From Dehalococcoidia bacterium (GTDB lineage Bacteria; Chloroflexota; Dehalococcoidia; CAUJGQ01): a stretch of 64,000 nt of DNA. Under the pieces are notes generated by a model. The model worked only from the letters and a program-made list of their open reading frames with translations. It was not told the DNA's origin and ran no database searches. Shown in pieces: positions 51,600 through 64,000 of the stretch. The stretch lies in assembly GCA_035310145.1 (NCBI GenBank), contig DATGEL010000030.1, forward strand, positions 3,419 to 67,418, in the 5' to 3' direction. Positions within the stretch are counted from its first letter, which is position 1. Each line of letters opens with the position of its first letter. The translations under genes and the position numbers were made by a program.

Positions 51600-51811
51600 A
51601 GCGTCGGTTGCTCACCCCCAGGCGGGTTTATCAAAGGGCCGAATATCGCCGGCTTTGAGCATCGCGCGAGCGCCCGCGGCGACCGAACCAAATGCCGCGG
51701 GCTTGCGGCCGAGCTTTTCCAAGCCTCACTGTCCAGGTGAAACCGTTAGCGTGGTCTCAACCTCGATCTTGCCTACACATGGCGCATCAATACCGAGTGC
51801 AGCACAAGCCG

Positions 51812-52570
51812 TTACACGGCGTCAGCGTGCACGGAACGGTCGGGCACGCCAAGCAGGATCCACGTGCGCCGCTGCAGTATCTCCGCGGTGTGTGCTCGAT
51901 CGTGCGAGATGATCCGCCGCACCATCTTACGGACGGTCCAACTTCCCGGCGTGACCAGTCCGGGACGGACGGGGCGATAGACTCGCTCCCGCTGCGCATC
52001 GTTGAGCGAGCGCAGGAGCGCGAGCGTTGTGACCCGCTCTCCGCTCACATCGGCCACGGTCTCGAAGATGCCCCTGGCCGGGCCATCCTTCAGCCCATCG
52101 CGATAGAACACCTCAAAGCTGAGCACGTGTGCAAGGATGTCGCGGACGGTCCGCGCTCCTGGTGCCCAGACATCGAACGCCTCAACCGATGATCTGGGTG
52201 GTGCCCAGTCGAGGAGCGCATCGGGTAACGCGGAAACGAGTCCGAGCAGGTCGGCTCGGGCAAACTCTAGCCGTGCGATGCAGGTTTCGAGTTCCGCACG
52301 CGGCAGGGGCCGCCGATCGTCGGCGAAGCAGAAGTCGCCGTCGGCGTCCGACTGCGTCAGTGGGTCGATGCTCTCGACCGCCTCCCATGCAGGAGACGCG
52401 TCGACGCTTTCTCCATGCTGCTGCAGCCAGGCAACGTGCTCGGCGATCGCGAGCGGCAGCATCAGTGCGATCGCCTCGGAGTTCCGCCCGCCGGCGATAC
52501 AGCCAGGCAAGTCGAGCACCCAGGCGTGGATTCCCGTACCGTACATGACGAGTCCAACGGGATGCGTCAT
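51812..52570 (-). CDS. fusion protein: N-terminal HicB-like (type II antitoxin, RNase H-like fold) + C-terminal DinB_2-like domain
   Basis: ATG 52570. The HicB-like part is VGLVMYGTGIHAWVLDLPGCIAGGRNSEAIALMLPLAIAEHVAWLQQHGE. DinB-like His motifs are LAHVLSFEVFY and ISHDRAHTAEI. No hicA was seen nearby. Confidence 0.6.
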   Translation of the reverse strand: MTHPVGLVMYGTGIHAWVLDLPGCIAGGRNSEAIALMLPLAIAEHVAWLQQHGESVDASPAWEAVESIDPLTQSDADGDFCFADDRRPLPRAELETCIARLEFARADLLGLVSALPDALLDWAPPRSSVEAFDVWAPGARTVRDILAHVLSFEVFYRDGLKDGPARGIFETVADVSGERVTTLALLRSLNDAQRERVYRPVRPGLVTPGSWTVRKMVRRIISHDRAHTAEILQRRTWILLGVPDRSVHADAV

Positions 52571-52658
52571 GCCACGTCACCGTCTCCCGGACCGACAAAC
52601 TGCCCGCCGGCGATCGTGGCACAGGCTTCGGGAATTCGGGCGTTGTCAGTCGCCCTTT

Positions 52659-52937
52659 TCAGCGATACCTCTCAACCCGCGCCGCGGCCTGTTGATAGGC
52701 GTATTCGTGGGTGCCGACCGCGAGCACAAGAATTTGCCGGCGCTCTCCGTGGACGTAATACACCGCGCGCTGGGCTCCGGCCTTGTCATGGCTAATCTCG
52801 AGCGAACGGTACCCCTTGAGTAAGCCAGTGAGTGGGTGCCCCCAGTCAGGCCGACGGGCAAGACCTCGAATCCGGGCAAGTGCAGCTGTGCGCGTGGATT
52901 TCATCTGCTCGAGGTCTTCGAAAACCTCGAAGGCCAT
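52659..52937 (-). CDS. type II toxin, RelE/ParE family
   Basis: LTGLLKGYRSLEISHDKAGAQRAVYYVHGERRQILVLAVGTHE matches the RelE/ParE core. Start is taken at MAFEVFEDL, so that the stop TGA of the upstream antitoxin overlaps as TGATG. The ATG 36 nt further upstream is the alternative. Confidence 0.7.
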   Translation of the reverse strand: MAFEVFEDLEQMKSTRTAALARIRGLARRPDWGHPLTGLLKGYRSLEISHDKAGAQRAVYYVHGERRQILVLAVGTHEYAYQQAAARVERYR

Positions 52938-53233
52938 CACGATCTGATATGGCGCTTGCGGCGCTTGAGCCACGGCGCCCTCCGGCGTGCAGGTGCACGA
53001 AAGTGGACACCGAAGTGCGCCGCCACTTCCTCGAAGGGCACGACATTGCCGGCTTCGAGCATGGCGCGAGCGGCCGCCACCAGCGGACCGGGCTCCTCGG
53101 GCTCGGGGCTGATTGAGAGCATGCCGCCATGCTCCTGTACGTACACTCCGCGCCCGGCCCTGAGACCTAGCCGCTCACGGTACTCCTGCGGGATCGTCAT
53201 CCGCCCCTTGCGGTCAATCTTTGCGTACGCCAA
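52937..53233 (-). CDS. type II antitoxin, AbrB/MazE/SpoVT DNA-binding family
   Basis: MAYAKIDRKGRMTIPQEYRERLGLRAG is the swapped-hairpin AbrB domain. The TTG start has GAGGTGA upstream. It sits immediately upstream of the toxin gene and overlaps it. Confidence 0.65.
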   Translation of the reverse strand: MAYAKIDRKGRMTIPQEYRERLGLRAGRGVYVQEHGGMLSISPEPEEPGPLVAAARAMLEAGNVVPFEEVAAHFGVHFRAPARRRAPWLKRRKRHIRS

Positions 53234-53378
53234 CGCTCACCTCGGGTGGGCGCAAGCCCACCTCACAGAGCATTGTAGCACATGGCCCTCCGGTGCGGTG
53301 AGCCTGGGGATCACCGGCTCGCTGAACGGGCGCCCCCGATCCTCCCGACCGCCGCTGAACCCGTGCCGCTGCGGCGCC

Positions 53379-54557
<1,179 letters not shown>

Positions 54558-54590
54558 GGGTTGCCTCCGTCTGCGTCTCGGCCTTCTATC

Positions 54591-54770
54591 CCCCGTCCCC
54601 TTTCCCCCAATCTCTGACATCGCGCGGGGCGCGATTTGGGGTGAGGGAAAGGGGCGATCGGGCGGAGGAGGAATCGGACGATGCCGGGTTAACCGCATGA
54701 TCGTCGGAACGCCCGACCCCGGATCGCCCCTCTCCCAGGATTGGGAGAGGGGAAGGGGGTGAGGGCCGAC
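54591..54770. repeat. compound palindromic element D between divergent ACAD genes: CCCCCGTCCCCTTTCCCCCAA..., GGGGCGATCGGGC / GCCCGACCCCGGATCGCCCC inverted pair, and hairpin CCCCTCTCCCA-GGAT-TGGGAGAGGGG followed by AAGGGGGTGAGGGCC
   Basis: The hairpin is at 54727-54752 (11-bp stem). CCCCCGTCCCCT at 54591 matches element B at 42281. GGGGCGATC at 54651-54659 and GATCGCCCC at 54722-54730 are inverted copies of the motif seen in elements B and F. Confidence 0.6.
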
Positions 54771-54923
54771 TGTCCGGCGCCATCATAGCGCCAATGCGGT
54801 TGCGAGTAGCAACGGCCTGCGCTACCGTCGCAGCGAAGGCAGCGGAACTGAGCAGACGCTCAGGACGGGACCGCGCTCGGCGCGGCCCGTATCGCTTGTG
54901 CATGCGTAGACAGAGGGGGCAGC

Positions 54924-56108
<1,185 letters not shown>

Positions 56109-56215
56109 GGCCGCTTGCGCTCCTTGCCTCCGCTGTCCGAGAGACGGAGATCGACGACTGGATCGACTGAGGCTGAAAGCGGGGCGGTGAGGCTCCTCAG
56201 CTCCGCTCCGAAGCT

Positions 56216-56240
56216 CCCCTCTCCCTGGCATAGAGAGGGG
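56216..56240. repeat. palindromic element E: CCCCTCTC-CCTGGCATA-GAGAGGGG followed by CCGGGGGTGAGGCC-ATG
   Basis: 8-bp stem with 9-nt loop. The 3' tail GAGAGGGGCCGGGGGTGAGGCCATG matches element A's GAGAGGGGGCCGGGGGGTGAGGCCACGATG. The ATG is the thiolase start at 56255. Confidence 0.65.
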
Positions 56241-56254
56241 CCGGGGGTGAGGCC

Positions 56255-57400
56255 ATGCCGCATCCGCTCTACCGCGGCGCCGCGATCGCCGGCGTCGATG
56301 AGTCCGACCAGATCGGCAACGTGCCGAACAAGACCTCGCTGCAACTGCATGCCGAGGCGGCGATCAACGCGCTCGCCGACGCCGGCATCGACAGGTCCGA
56401 GGTCGACGGCATCGCCACGGCCGGCGTCTCGCCCATGCAGACGGCCGAGTATCTCGGCATCGTGCCGCGCTATTCCGACGGCACCTCGGTCGGCGGTTCT
56501 TCGTTCGTGATCCACGTCGGCCACGCGCTGGAGGCGATCGCCGGCGGCCGCGCCTCCGTCGTGCTGATCACGCACGGCGAGGGGCACCTGGGTGGCGGCC
56601 GGCGCGGCCCCGGCGGGCCAGACCCTTCCAACCTCGCCGGGCAGTACGAGGCGCCGTTCGGCGTGCTGGGGCCGCCCTACGCCTACTCGCTCGCCTGTAT
56701 GCGGCACATGGCGCTCTACGGCACGACCAAAGAGCAGCTCGCGCAGATCGCCGTGCAGACGCGCCAGTGGGCGAGTATGAACCCCAAGGCGCTGATGCGC
56801 GATCCGATCACCGTCGAGGACGTGCTCAACTCGCGCCTGATCTCCTACCCCTTCAACCTGCTCGACTGCTGCCTGGTCACGGACGCCGGCGGCGCCTGCG
56901 TTGTCGTCAGCCCCGAGCGGGCGCGCGATCTGAAGAAGAAGCCGGTCTGGGTGCTGGGCGCCGGCGAGGCGCACGACCACAGCATGATCAGCCAGATGCC
57001 CGACCTCACGCGCACGCCGGCGCAGTACTCCGGCCCGGCGGCGATGGGCATGGCCGGCGTCTCGCACGCTGAGATCGACCTGGCGATGCTCTACGACTCC
57101 TTCACCTACACCGTGCTGGTGACGCTGGAATCGCTGGGCTTCTGCAAGCCGGGCGAGGGCGGCGCCTTCGTGAGCAACGGCCGCCTGGGACCGGGCGGCG
57201 CCCTGCCCACGAACACCAACGGCGGCGGCCTGAGCTACACGCACTCGGGCATGTACGGGATGTTCCTGCTGCTGGAGGCCACACGCCAGTTGCGCGGCGA
57301 GTGCGGCCAGCGCCAGGTGGCGAACGGCAAGATCGCCCTGGTGAACGGCACCGGCGGCTCGCTCTCCTCCACGGGCACGCTGGTGCTCGCCGCCGATTAG
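56255..57400 (+). CDS. thiolase-like protein (SCP2/lipid-transfer-protein type)
   Basis: AIAGVDESDQIGNVPNKTSLQL is the N-terminal region, and NTNGGGLS a C-terminal motif. It is paralogous to 20988..22175. Confidence 0.85.
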   Translation: MPHPLYRGAAIAGVDESDQIGNVPNKTSLQLHAEAAINALADAGIDRSEVDGIATAGVSPMQTAEYLGIVPRYSDGTSVGGSSFVIHVGHALEAIAGGRASVVLITHGEGHLGGGRRGPGGPDPSNLAGQYEAPFGVLGPPYAYSLACMRHMALYGTTKEQLAQIAVQTRQWASMNPKALMRDPITVEDVLNSRLISYPFNLLDCCLVTDAGGACVVVSPERARDLKKKPVWVLGAGEAHDHSMISQMPDLTRTPAQYSGPAAMGMAGVSHAEIDLAMLYDSFTYTVLVTLESLGFCKPGEGGAFVSNGRLGPGGALPTNTNGGGLSYTHSGMYGMFLLLEATRQLRGECGQRQVANGKIALVNGTGGSLSSTGTLVLAAD

Positions 57401-57426
57401 CGCCGCGCTGCAAAGGACGCCGAAAG

Positions 57427-57852
57427 ATGACGACGCAACCGGCCTACGCCAAGCCGCTGCCGCTGATCACGCCGGAGAACGAGCGCTTCTGGCAGGGCTG
57501 CAAGGCGCACGAGCTCTGGCTGCGCTTCTGCAACGCCTGCGCCAAGCCCTACTACTATCCGCGCGACATCTGCCCCATGTGCGGCTCGCGCGACGTGAGC
57601 TGGCAGCAGATGAGCGGCCGGGGCACGCTGCACACCTTCGCCATTGTGCACCGCGCGCCCACCCCAGCCTTCCGCGAGGACGTGCCCTTCGTCACGGCGA
57701 TGGTCGACCTGGAAGAAGGCCCGCGCCTGCTGACCAACCTCGTGGGCATCGCGCCGGACCCGGCGCAGATCAGGGTCGGCATGCCCGTCGAAGTGACCTT
57801 CGAGGACGTCACCGAGCAGATCAGCCTGCCGAAGTTCCGGCCAGTGGGGTAA
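57427..57852 (+). CDS. DUF35 OB-fold/Zn-ribbon protein (thiolase-associated)
   Basis: Start at MTTQPAYAKP (AAAGGA upstream). WLRFCNACAKPYYYPRDICPMCGS is the Zn-ribbon. It is paralogous to 22195..22599. Confidence 0.85.
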   Translation: MTTQPAYAKPLPLITPENERFWQGCKAHELWLRFCNACAKPYYYPRDICPMCGSRDVSWQQMSGRGTLHTFAIVHRAPTPAFREDVPFVTAMVDLEEGPRLLTNLVGIAPDPAQIRVGMPVEVTFEDVTEQISLPKFRPVG

Positions 57853-58729
57853 CCCGCGCGCCCGCCGCGTTCAGCGTCCAGTCGTACGGGTCATACTGCT
57901 CGCGGCCCGCGCACAGCGCCTCATGCAGCCGGCGGCGCTCGTCGCCTTCGAGAAACGGGCCGATAACGGTCGTGAGGCCGGTGCGGCCGCCGAAGTCCTC
58001 GGCGTAGAAGGCGAAGATCGAGGAAAGGCGCACGGTTTCGCCGGCGAACGTCACGCCACCCCCCTGCACGAAGGCCCGCGTCGCCTCCTCAAGCTCTGCG
58101 TCGACGTGCGCCGCCGTGTAGACGCGCAGCGGCGGGCACGAGCGCGTGGCGCAGTGCAGGGCGAAGTGCAGGCGCGGCTCCGGCGGCCGCAGGCAGCAGG
58201 CCAGCCGCGCATCGTTCGGGGCAAAGGGCGCCGGCAGCCGCGGCAGCGCCGCACGGTTGCCGCGCAGCACGCCGTGCTCGATCTCGTGCAGCGAGAAGCG
58301 CCGCGCGCCGATGCGATAGGCGGCGCGATGGAAGAAGCCGGGCTGCTCGCGCACGGAGCCGGCGATGCCGAACTGCGCCGCCGCGTCGATCGCCAGCACG
58401 TTGTAGACGTTGATCCAGAAGGCCAGCCGTGCCGCGCGGTGGCCGAGGGCCGCTGGTTCGAACGCCGCCAGCTCGGCCGTGATGGCGCGCAGATGCGCGT
58501 AGGCCGGCAGTGCCGCCAGCCGCCCGTAGGCGATCGTGGCGCCCTCGTCAGCGCTGGCCGCGGCGTGCAGGGCGCGAGCGGCCGCCACCAGGCGCTCCGG
58601 CAGGCTGTTCCCCGGCGCCCTCGGCGAACCGTGCGCACCAGCGCCGTCCGGCGCCTCGTTGAGCACGATGGTGGCGCCGGCGGCCGCACACAGGAAGCGC
58701 AGCAGCGCCAGGTCCGGCTTCGCGCTCAC
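57821..58729 (-). CDS. DUF547 domain protein
   Basis: GTG 58729 overlaps the TlpA stop as GTGA. DUF547 signatures are FWINVYNVLAI and HFALHCATRSCPPL. Confidence 0.8.
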   Translation of the reverse strand: MSAKPDLALLRFLCAAAGATIVLNEAPDGAGAHGSPRAPGNSLPERLVAAARALHAAASADEGATIAYGRLAALPAYAHLRAITAELAAFEPAALGHRAARLAFWINVYNVLAIDAAAQFGIAGSVREQPGFFHRAAYRIGARRFSLHEIEHGVLRGNRAALPRLPAPFAPNDARLACCLRPPEPRLHFALHCATRSCPPLRVYTAAHVDAELEEATRAFVQGGGVTFAGETVRLSSIFAFYAEDFGGRTGLTTVIGPFLEGDERRRLHEALCAGREQYDPYDWTLNAAGARVTPLAGTSAG

Positions 58730-59439
58730 TTCGCGTTCAGCGTTTGGGTGATCTTGTAGCGGAAGGTGCCGGCCGAAAGCGGGCCGAGCACGACATCACG
58801 CACGATACCGTTGCGGTCGATGAACACCGTGTCGGGAATGCCGTTGAAGCGGAAGGCGTCTGCCACGGCGTTGTCGGAGTCCATCAGGATCGTGAAGCCG
58901 GCGCCAAACTGGTCGCGGAAGGCCGAGACCTTGCTCACGCTCTCCGCCTGGTCGAGCGCGAGAATCACCACGTCGTTCCCCAGCGTCTCGTTCGCCTTCT
59001 CCAGCTCGGGAAACTCCTGCTTACAGGGTCCGCACCAGGTCGCCCAGAAGTTGACCACCACGGCCTTGCCCCTGAGCGAGGCGAGCTCCACTCGCCGGCC
59101 CTCGGTGTCCAGCAGGGCGAAGTCCGGCGCCGGCTGACCGACGCTGGGCGGGTGCGGCTCCAGGGCGCCCAGCGGGCCATCGGGGTGCGGCAGCGGCGGC
59201 GCGGCCGCGTGCGGCGCCGTGGCTGCCTTGACCGAAGACGCGGCGGAATCGACGTGCAGCACCGCCGGCCGATCGCGCCGCAGCAGCACGATCGCCAGCA
59301 CGATGACGCCGGAGACCAGTGCCACCGCGCCGATCTGCGCCAGGATCAGCCAGCGCGGCAGCCGCGCCGCGGGTTGCACGGCTGGTTCCGGCGCCTGGGC
59401 CGCGGCGTCTTCTTGCGGATCGGAGGATTCATTGCTCAT
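58726..59439 (-). CDS. TlpA-like thiol:disulfide oxidoreductase (thioredoxin fold, WATWCGPC), membrane-anchored
   Basis: Start at MSNESSD (ATG 59439, AGGTG 8 nt upstream). A TM anchor is followed by a redoxin domain with the CGPC active site. It is co-transcribed with the DUF547 gene. Confidence 0.8.
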   Translation of the reverse strand: MSNESSDPQEDAAAQAPEPAVQPAARLPRWLILAQIGAVALVSGVIVLAIVLLRRDRPAVLHVDSAASSVKAATAPHAAAPPLPHPDGPLGALEPHPPSVGQPAPDFALLDTEGRRVELASLRGKAVVVNFWATWCGPCKQEFPELEKANETLGNDVVILALDQAESVSKVSAFRDQFGAGFTILMDSDNAVADAFRFNGIPDTVFIDRNGIVRDVVLGPLSAGTFRYKITQTLNAK

Positions 59440-59590
59440 CGCATTCGCACCTGCGCCGATCAAGCCGCTGCCGCGTGCGCCCTCATTGTAGGACTGGGAC
59501 CGGCGTCTGTCCCAATCCGGCCGGTCCGCCTAACCCCGCCGCGGCCGAGGCCGCATGGGCAAGGGATAGCCTCTGCCCGCGAAGTCAGGA

Positions 59591-61666
<2,076 letters not shown>

Positions 61667-61675
61667 GAACGTTCC

Positions 61676-61711
61676 TTACACGCCTACACGCCTACACGCC
61701 TACACGCCTAC
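61676..61711. repeat. tandem 8-mer TACACGCC x3 + TACACGCG + TACA immediately upstream of the prolyl oligopeptidase start
   Basis: Read directly. The repeat begins 10 nt upstream of GTG 61666 on the minus strand. Confidence 0.9.
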
Positions 61712-62021
61712 ACGCGTACAGAAGACTGCACATCCGGCCCGTCGCCCCGCCACTGAGGGTGCTCTGGCGCCAAACCTCACTGCCGAAGCCGGGGCGGTGC
61801 GGGTATGCCCGCGGCAGCGTCGCGGGGCGTGTCCTCACTATAGCGGCCGGCTGGAGCCGCCCGCGAAGGGTAAGCGTTCGGGAACGGCGCGGCGATCGTG
61901 GGCCGAATGTGCTTAAGGAATCTCCCCGCCATCCCGAAATTAGCAACAGGACACGGCGATCCTAAGCCAGTGGGGCCAGGGAAATCGTCGCGCCGAGATA
62001 TTTATGGGGAAGGGTTCTGCA

Positions 62022-62213
62022 ATGTCGTTGGTCGATCGCTTTCTCCTCCGCGCCGTCGCCGCCGCGTATCAGCCGCGTGGTGACGAAGAGGGCCAGGGCC
62101 TGGCCGAGTACGGCCTGATCCTGGCGCTGATCGCCGTTGTTTGCGTGGCGGCGCTGACCCTGCTCGGCGGCAACATCAGCAACACGCTCAACAGCATCGC
62201 CGGCAGCCTCTAA
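62022..62213 (+). CDS. flp: Flp/Fap family type IVb pilin
   Basis: MSLVDRFLLRAVAAAYQPRGDEEGQGLAEYGLILALIAVVCVAALTLLG has the canonical Flp motif. ATG 62022 lies 7 nt after GGGAAGGG. An AT-richer promoter-like region is upstream. Confidence 0.75.
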   Translation: MSLVDRFLLRAVAAAYQPRGDEEGQGLAEYGLILALIAVVCVAALTLLGGNISNTLNSIAGSL

Positions 62214-62218
62214 GGCAC

Positions 62219-62284
62219 GCAACGCCATGCACAAGGAACCGGAGGCCGCTATGCCGGCCTCCGGTTCCTTGTGCATGGCGTTGC
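62219..62284. terminator. 30-bp perfect inverted repeat with 6-nt loop between convergent flp and menA-like genes (bidirectional terminator-like hairpin)
   Basis: The left arm 62219-62248 is GCAACGCCATGCACAAGGAACCGGAGGCCG, the loop is CTATGC, and the right arm 62255-62284 is its exact reverse complement. No U-tract follows. Confidence 0.7.
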
Positions 62285-62303
62285 CCGGGAGCCGGCACGC
62301 GGC

Positions 62304-63200
62304 TCAGTGCGGCACGACGAGACCGGCAACCAGCCCCGCGGCCAGCAGGGCGCCGAAGCGCATGTGCAGCTGCGCCGTGCGAAAGAGCACGTAGTTGAGC
62401 TTGCGCGGCTCGCGCGTGCGCGCGGTGAAGCGCACGGCCCGCAGCGCCGCCGGCAACGTGAGCAGGGTGAGCAGCACCGGCCAGGGCGCCACGCGCGCCA
62501 CCACCATCACGATCAGCGAAGCGTAGGCGGCGCCGATCAGCAGGTAGTACTCCCAGTTGGCGGGGCGCCGGCCGATGATCGTCGCCAGCGTGCGCTTGCC
62601 GTGCCGGCGGTCGTCCTCGATGTCGCGCAGGTTGTTGGCGTGCAGGATCGCCGTGACCAGAAAGGCGATCGGCAGCGAGACGATGAACGGATCCCAGCTC
62701 CAGTGCGCCGTCTGCACGTAGTAGGCGCCCATCACCATCACCGGCCCCATGAACACGAACACGGTCAGCTCGCCCAGGGCGATGTAGGCGAGCGAGATCG
62801 GCGCGCCGGTGTAGAAGAAGCCGGCCGCCACGCTCGCCAGCCCAAGCCAGAGCAACGGCAGCCCAACCAGCGCAACCAGCGCCAGCCCGCACAGCGCCCC
62901 CGCCGCGAAGCAGGCGATGCCCAGCCGCAGCACCTCGCGCGGCTTGATCAAGCCGCGCCGGATCGCGTTGCTCGGGCCGAGCGAATCCGGCCCGTCCACA
63001 CCCTTGACGTGGTCGTAATAGTCGTTGACCAGGTTGGTGCCGGCCTGGATCAGCACCGAGCCGAGCAGCGCCAGCAGGAAGTAGAAGGGATTGAACGCCT
63101 TCGGCGCGGCGACGAGCGTGCCGACGACGACCGGCACGATCGCCGCCGTGAACGAGAACGGCCGGGCGGCCCCGAACCACAGCTTCACGCGCGGACTCAT
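62304..63200 (-). CDS. menA: UbiA-family prenyltransferase, 1,4-dihydroxy-2-naphthoate octaprenyltransferase (MenA)-like
   Basis: Start at MSPRVKLWFGAARPFSFTAAIVPVVVG (ATG 63200, GGGAG upstream). The Asp-rich motif is NLVNDYYDHVKGVD. Confidence 0.8.
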   Translation of the reverse strand: MSPRVKLWFGAARPFSFTAAIVPVVVGTLVAAPKAFNPFYFLLALLGSVLIQAGTNLVNDYYDHVKGVDGPDSLGPSNAIRRGLIKPREVLRLGIACFAAGALCGLALVALVGLPLLWLGLASVAAGFFYTGAPISLAYIALGELTVFVFMGPVMVMGAYYVQTAHWSWDPFIVSLPIAFLVTAILHANNLRDIEDDRRHGKRTLATIIGRRPANWEYYLLIGAAYASLIVMVVARVAPWPVLLTLLTLPAALRAVRFTARTREPRKLNYVLFRTAQLHMRFGALLAAGLVAGLVVPH

Positions 63201-63354
63201 GGCTCTCCCCTTGCCCCGGCAAGCACAGCGCCCGGTTCTCTGCCCCGGCTCGCGCGCCGGCGCCGGCCACATCGTACGCGGCCCTCGCGTTTGAAGCGAG
63301 TGTTACAACTGTGATACCTTCGGCGCGACGTAACGCCCGCAGGCGGGGGGCAGG

Positions 63355-64000
63355 GTGGCGGCTTCGGTCCGGCTCGGGCAGTTCAACATTGTCGGCGGGC
63401 AGGCGCTGCAAGACGGTCCGTTCGCCGGCGCCGTGGCCGGGCGCGGCGTCGCCGACACCACCGCCGACCTCTATATCACGCTGCAACCGAGCCGCCCCGA
63501 CACGGACCAGCTCTGCGCCGGCGTGCTGCAAACGATCGCCCGCACCTTCGGCCACGCGCAGTACTCCGTCACCGGCAACCTGCTGCTGGCGCTCGGCCAG
63601 GCGCACCACAACCTCTCGAGCTGGAACCGCTCCAGCCTGCCCGAGCACCGCATGGGCATCGGCGTCTCCGCCCTGGCGATCGCCGGCGACGAGGCGTATC
63701 TGGCGCAGGCCGGGGCCAGCGTCGCCTACTGGCTGCACAGCGGGCGGGTGGAACGGCTGGAGCCGCTGGAAGGGGATTCGCGCCGGCCGCTGGGCGAGGG
63801 TGAGGCGCTCGACCCCTGGTTCCACCGCCTGCTGCTGGCGCCGGGCGACAGCATCGCCCTGCTGAGCGCGGACCTGGCCGGGCGCATCGACGCGGCCGCC
63901 GTGGCCCGCTGCCTGCGGCTGGACCCCGACAGCGGCGTGGCCGAGCTGTTCCGGCTGGCGCAGAACGAGCGCGACTGCGGCGTGCTGCTCGTCTCGGTCG
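63355..64000 (+). CDS. hypothetical protein, 5' part (continues beyond window end)
   Basis: Frame 1 from GTG 63355 (after the stop TAA 63331 and a G-rich SD) has uniformly high GC3 to the window end. The listed ORF 63311..63865 is in a different frame, Ser/Thr/Pro/Arg-rich, and is rejected. Confidence 0.5.
   Translation, partial: MAASVRLGQFNIVGGQALQDGPFAGAVAGRGVADTTADLYITLQPSRPDTDQLCAGVLQTIARTFGHAQYSVTGNLLLALGQAHHNLSSWNRSSLPEHRMGIGVSALAIAGDEAYLAQAGASVAYWLHSGRVERLEPLEGDSRRPLGEGEALDPWFHRLLLAPGDSIALLSADLAGRIDAAAVARCLRLDPDSGVAELFRLAQNERDCGVLLVSV

Noticed and set aside
63311-63865. 184-aa plus-strand ORF
   Set aside because: It is Ser/Thr/Pro/Arg-rich and in the wrong frame. The frame starting at GTG 63355 has the high GC3 and protein-like composition, and is the one reported.

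Overview
This is a high-GC (about 70%) bacterial chromosomal segment with dense coding on both strands and GGAGG-type Shine-Dalgarno sites. The gene content is actinobacterial or Chloroflexi-like. I could not see any tRNA, rRNA, CRISPR array or transposase. Because of the GC content, every region carries long shadow ORFs on all six frames. I called genes from recognisable protein families, third-codon-position GC content (GC3), start context and neighbour geometry, not from ORF length. Main content: fhs; purQ; a fatty-acid or side-chain beta-oxidation-like gene set with 4 acyl-CoA dehydrogenase paralogs plus one fragment, 3 family-III CoA-transferases, 2 SCP2-type thiolase plus DUF35 pairs, enoyl-CoA hydratase and nitronate monooxygenase; two large eukaryotic-type Ser/Thr protein kinases with extracellular domains; several LuxR-family regulators, one very large and one frameshifted; an ArsR-AHSA1 operon; a RelE/ParE-AbrB toxin-antitoxin (TA) pair; a HicB-DinB fusion; a peptidase M23 with SH3b domains; prolyl oligopeptidase; an Flp pilin; MenA; and secreted or Tat-exported proteins including a PAP2/vanadium-haloperoxidase-like enzyme. 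Most notable observations: (1) a peroxiredoxin-like redoxin gene whose catalytic CxxC position reads U(TGA)-P-F-C in frame, a candidate selenoprotein; (2) a family of dispersed GC-rich palindromic intergenic elements with core CTCTCCCA...TGGGAGAG, in two cases running into a conserved GGTGAGGCC-ATG start module; (3) short tandem repeats of 6-13 bp directly upstream of at least five genes; (4) patchy nucleotide identity between ACAD paralogs and a chimeric gene remnant, suggesting gene conversion or recombination; (5) an unusually long 30-bp perfect hairpin between convergent genes.
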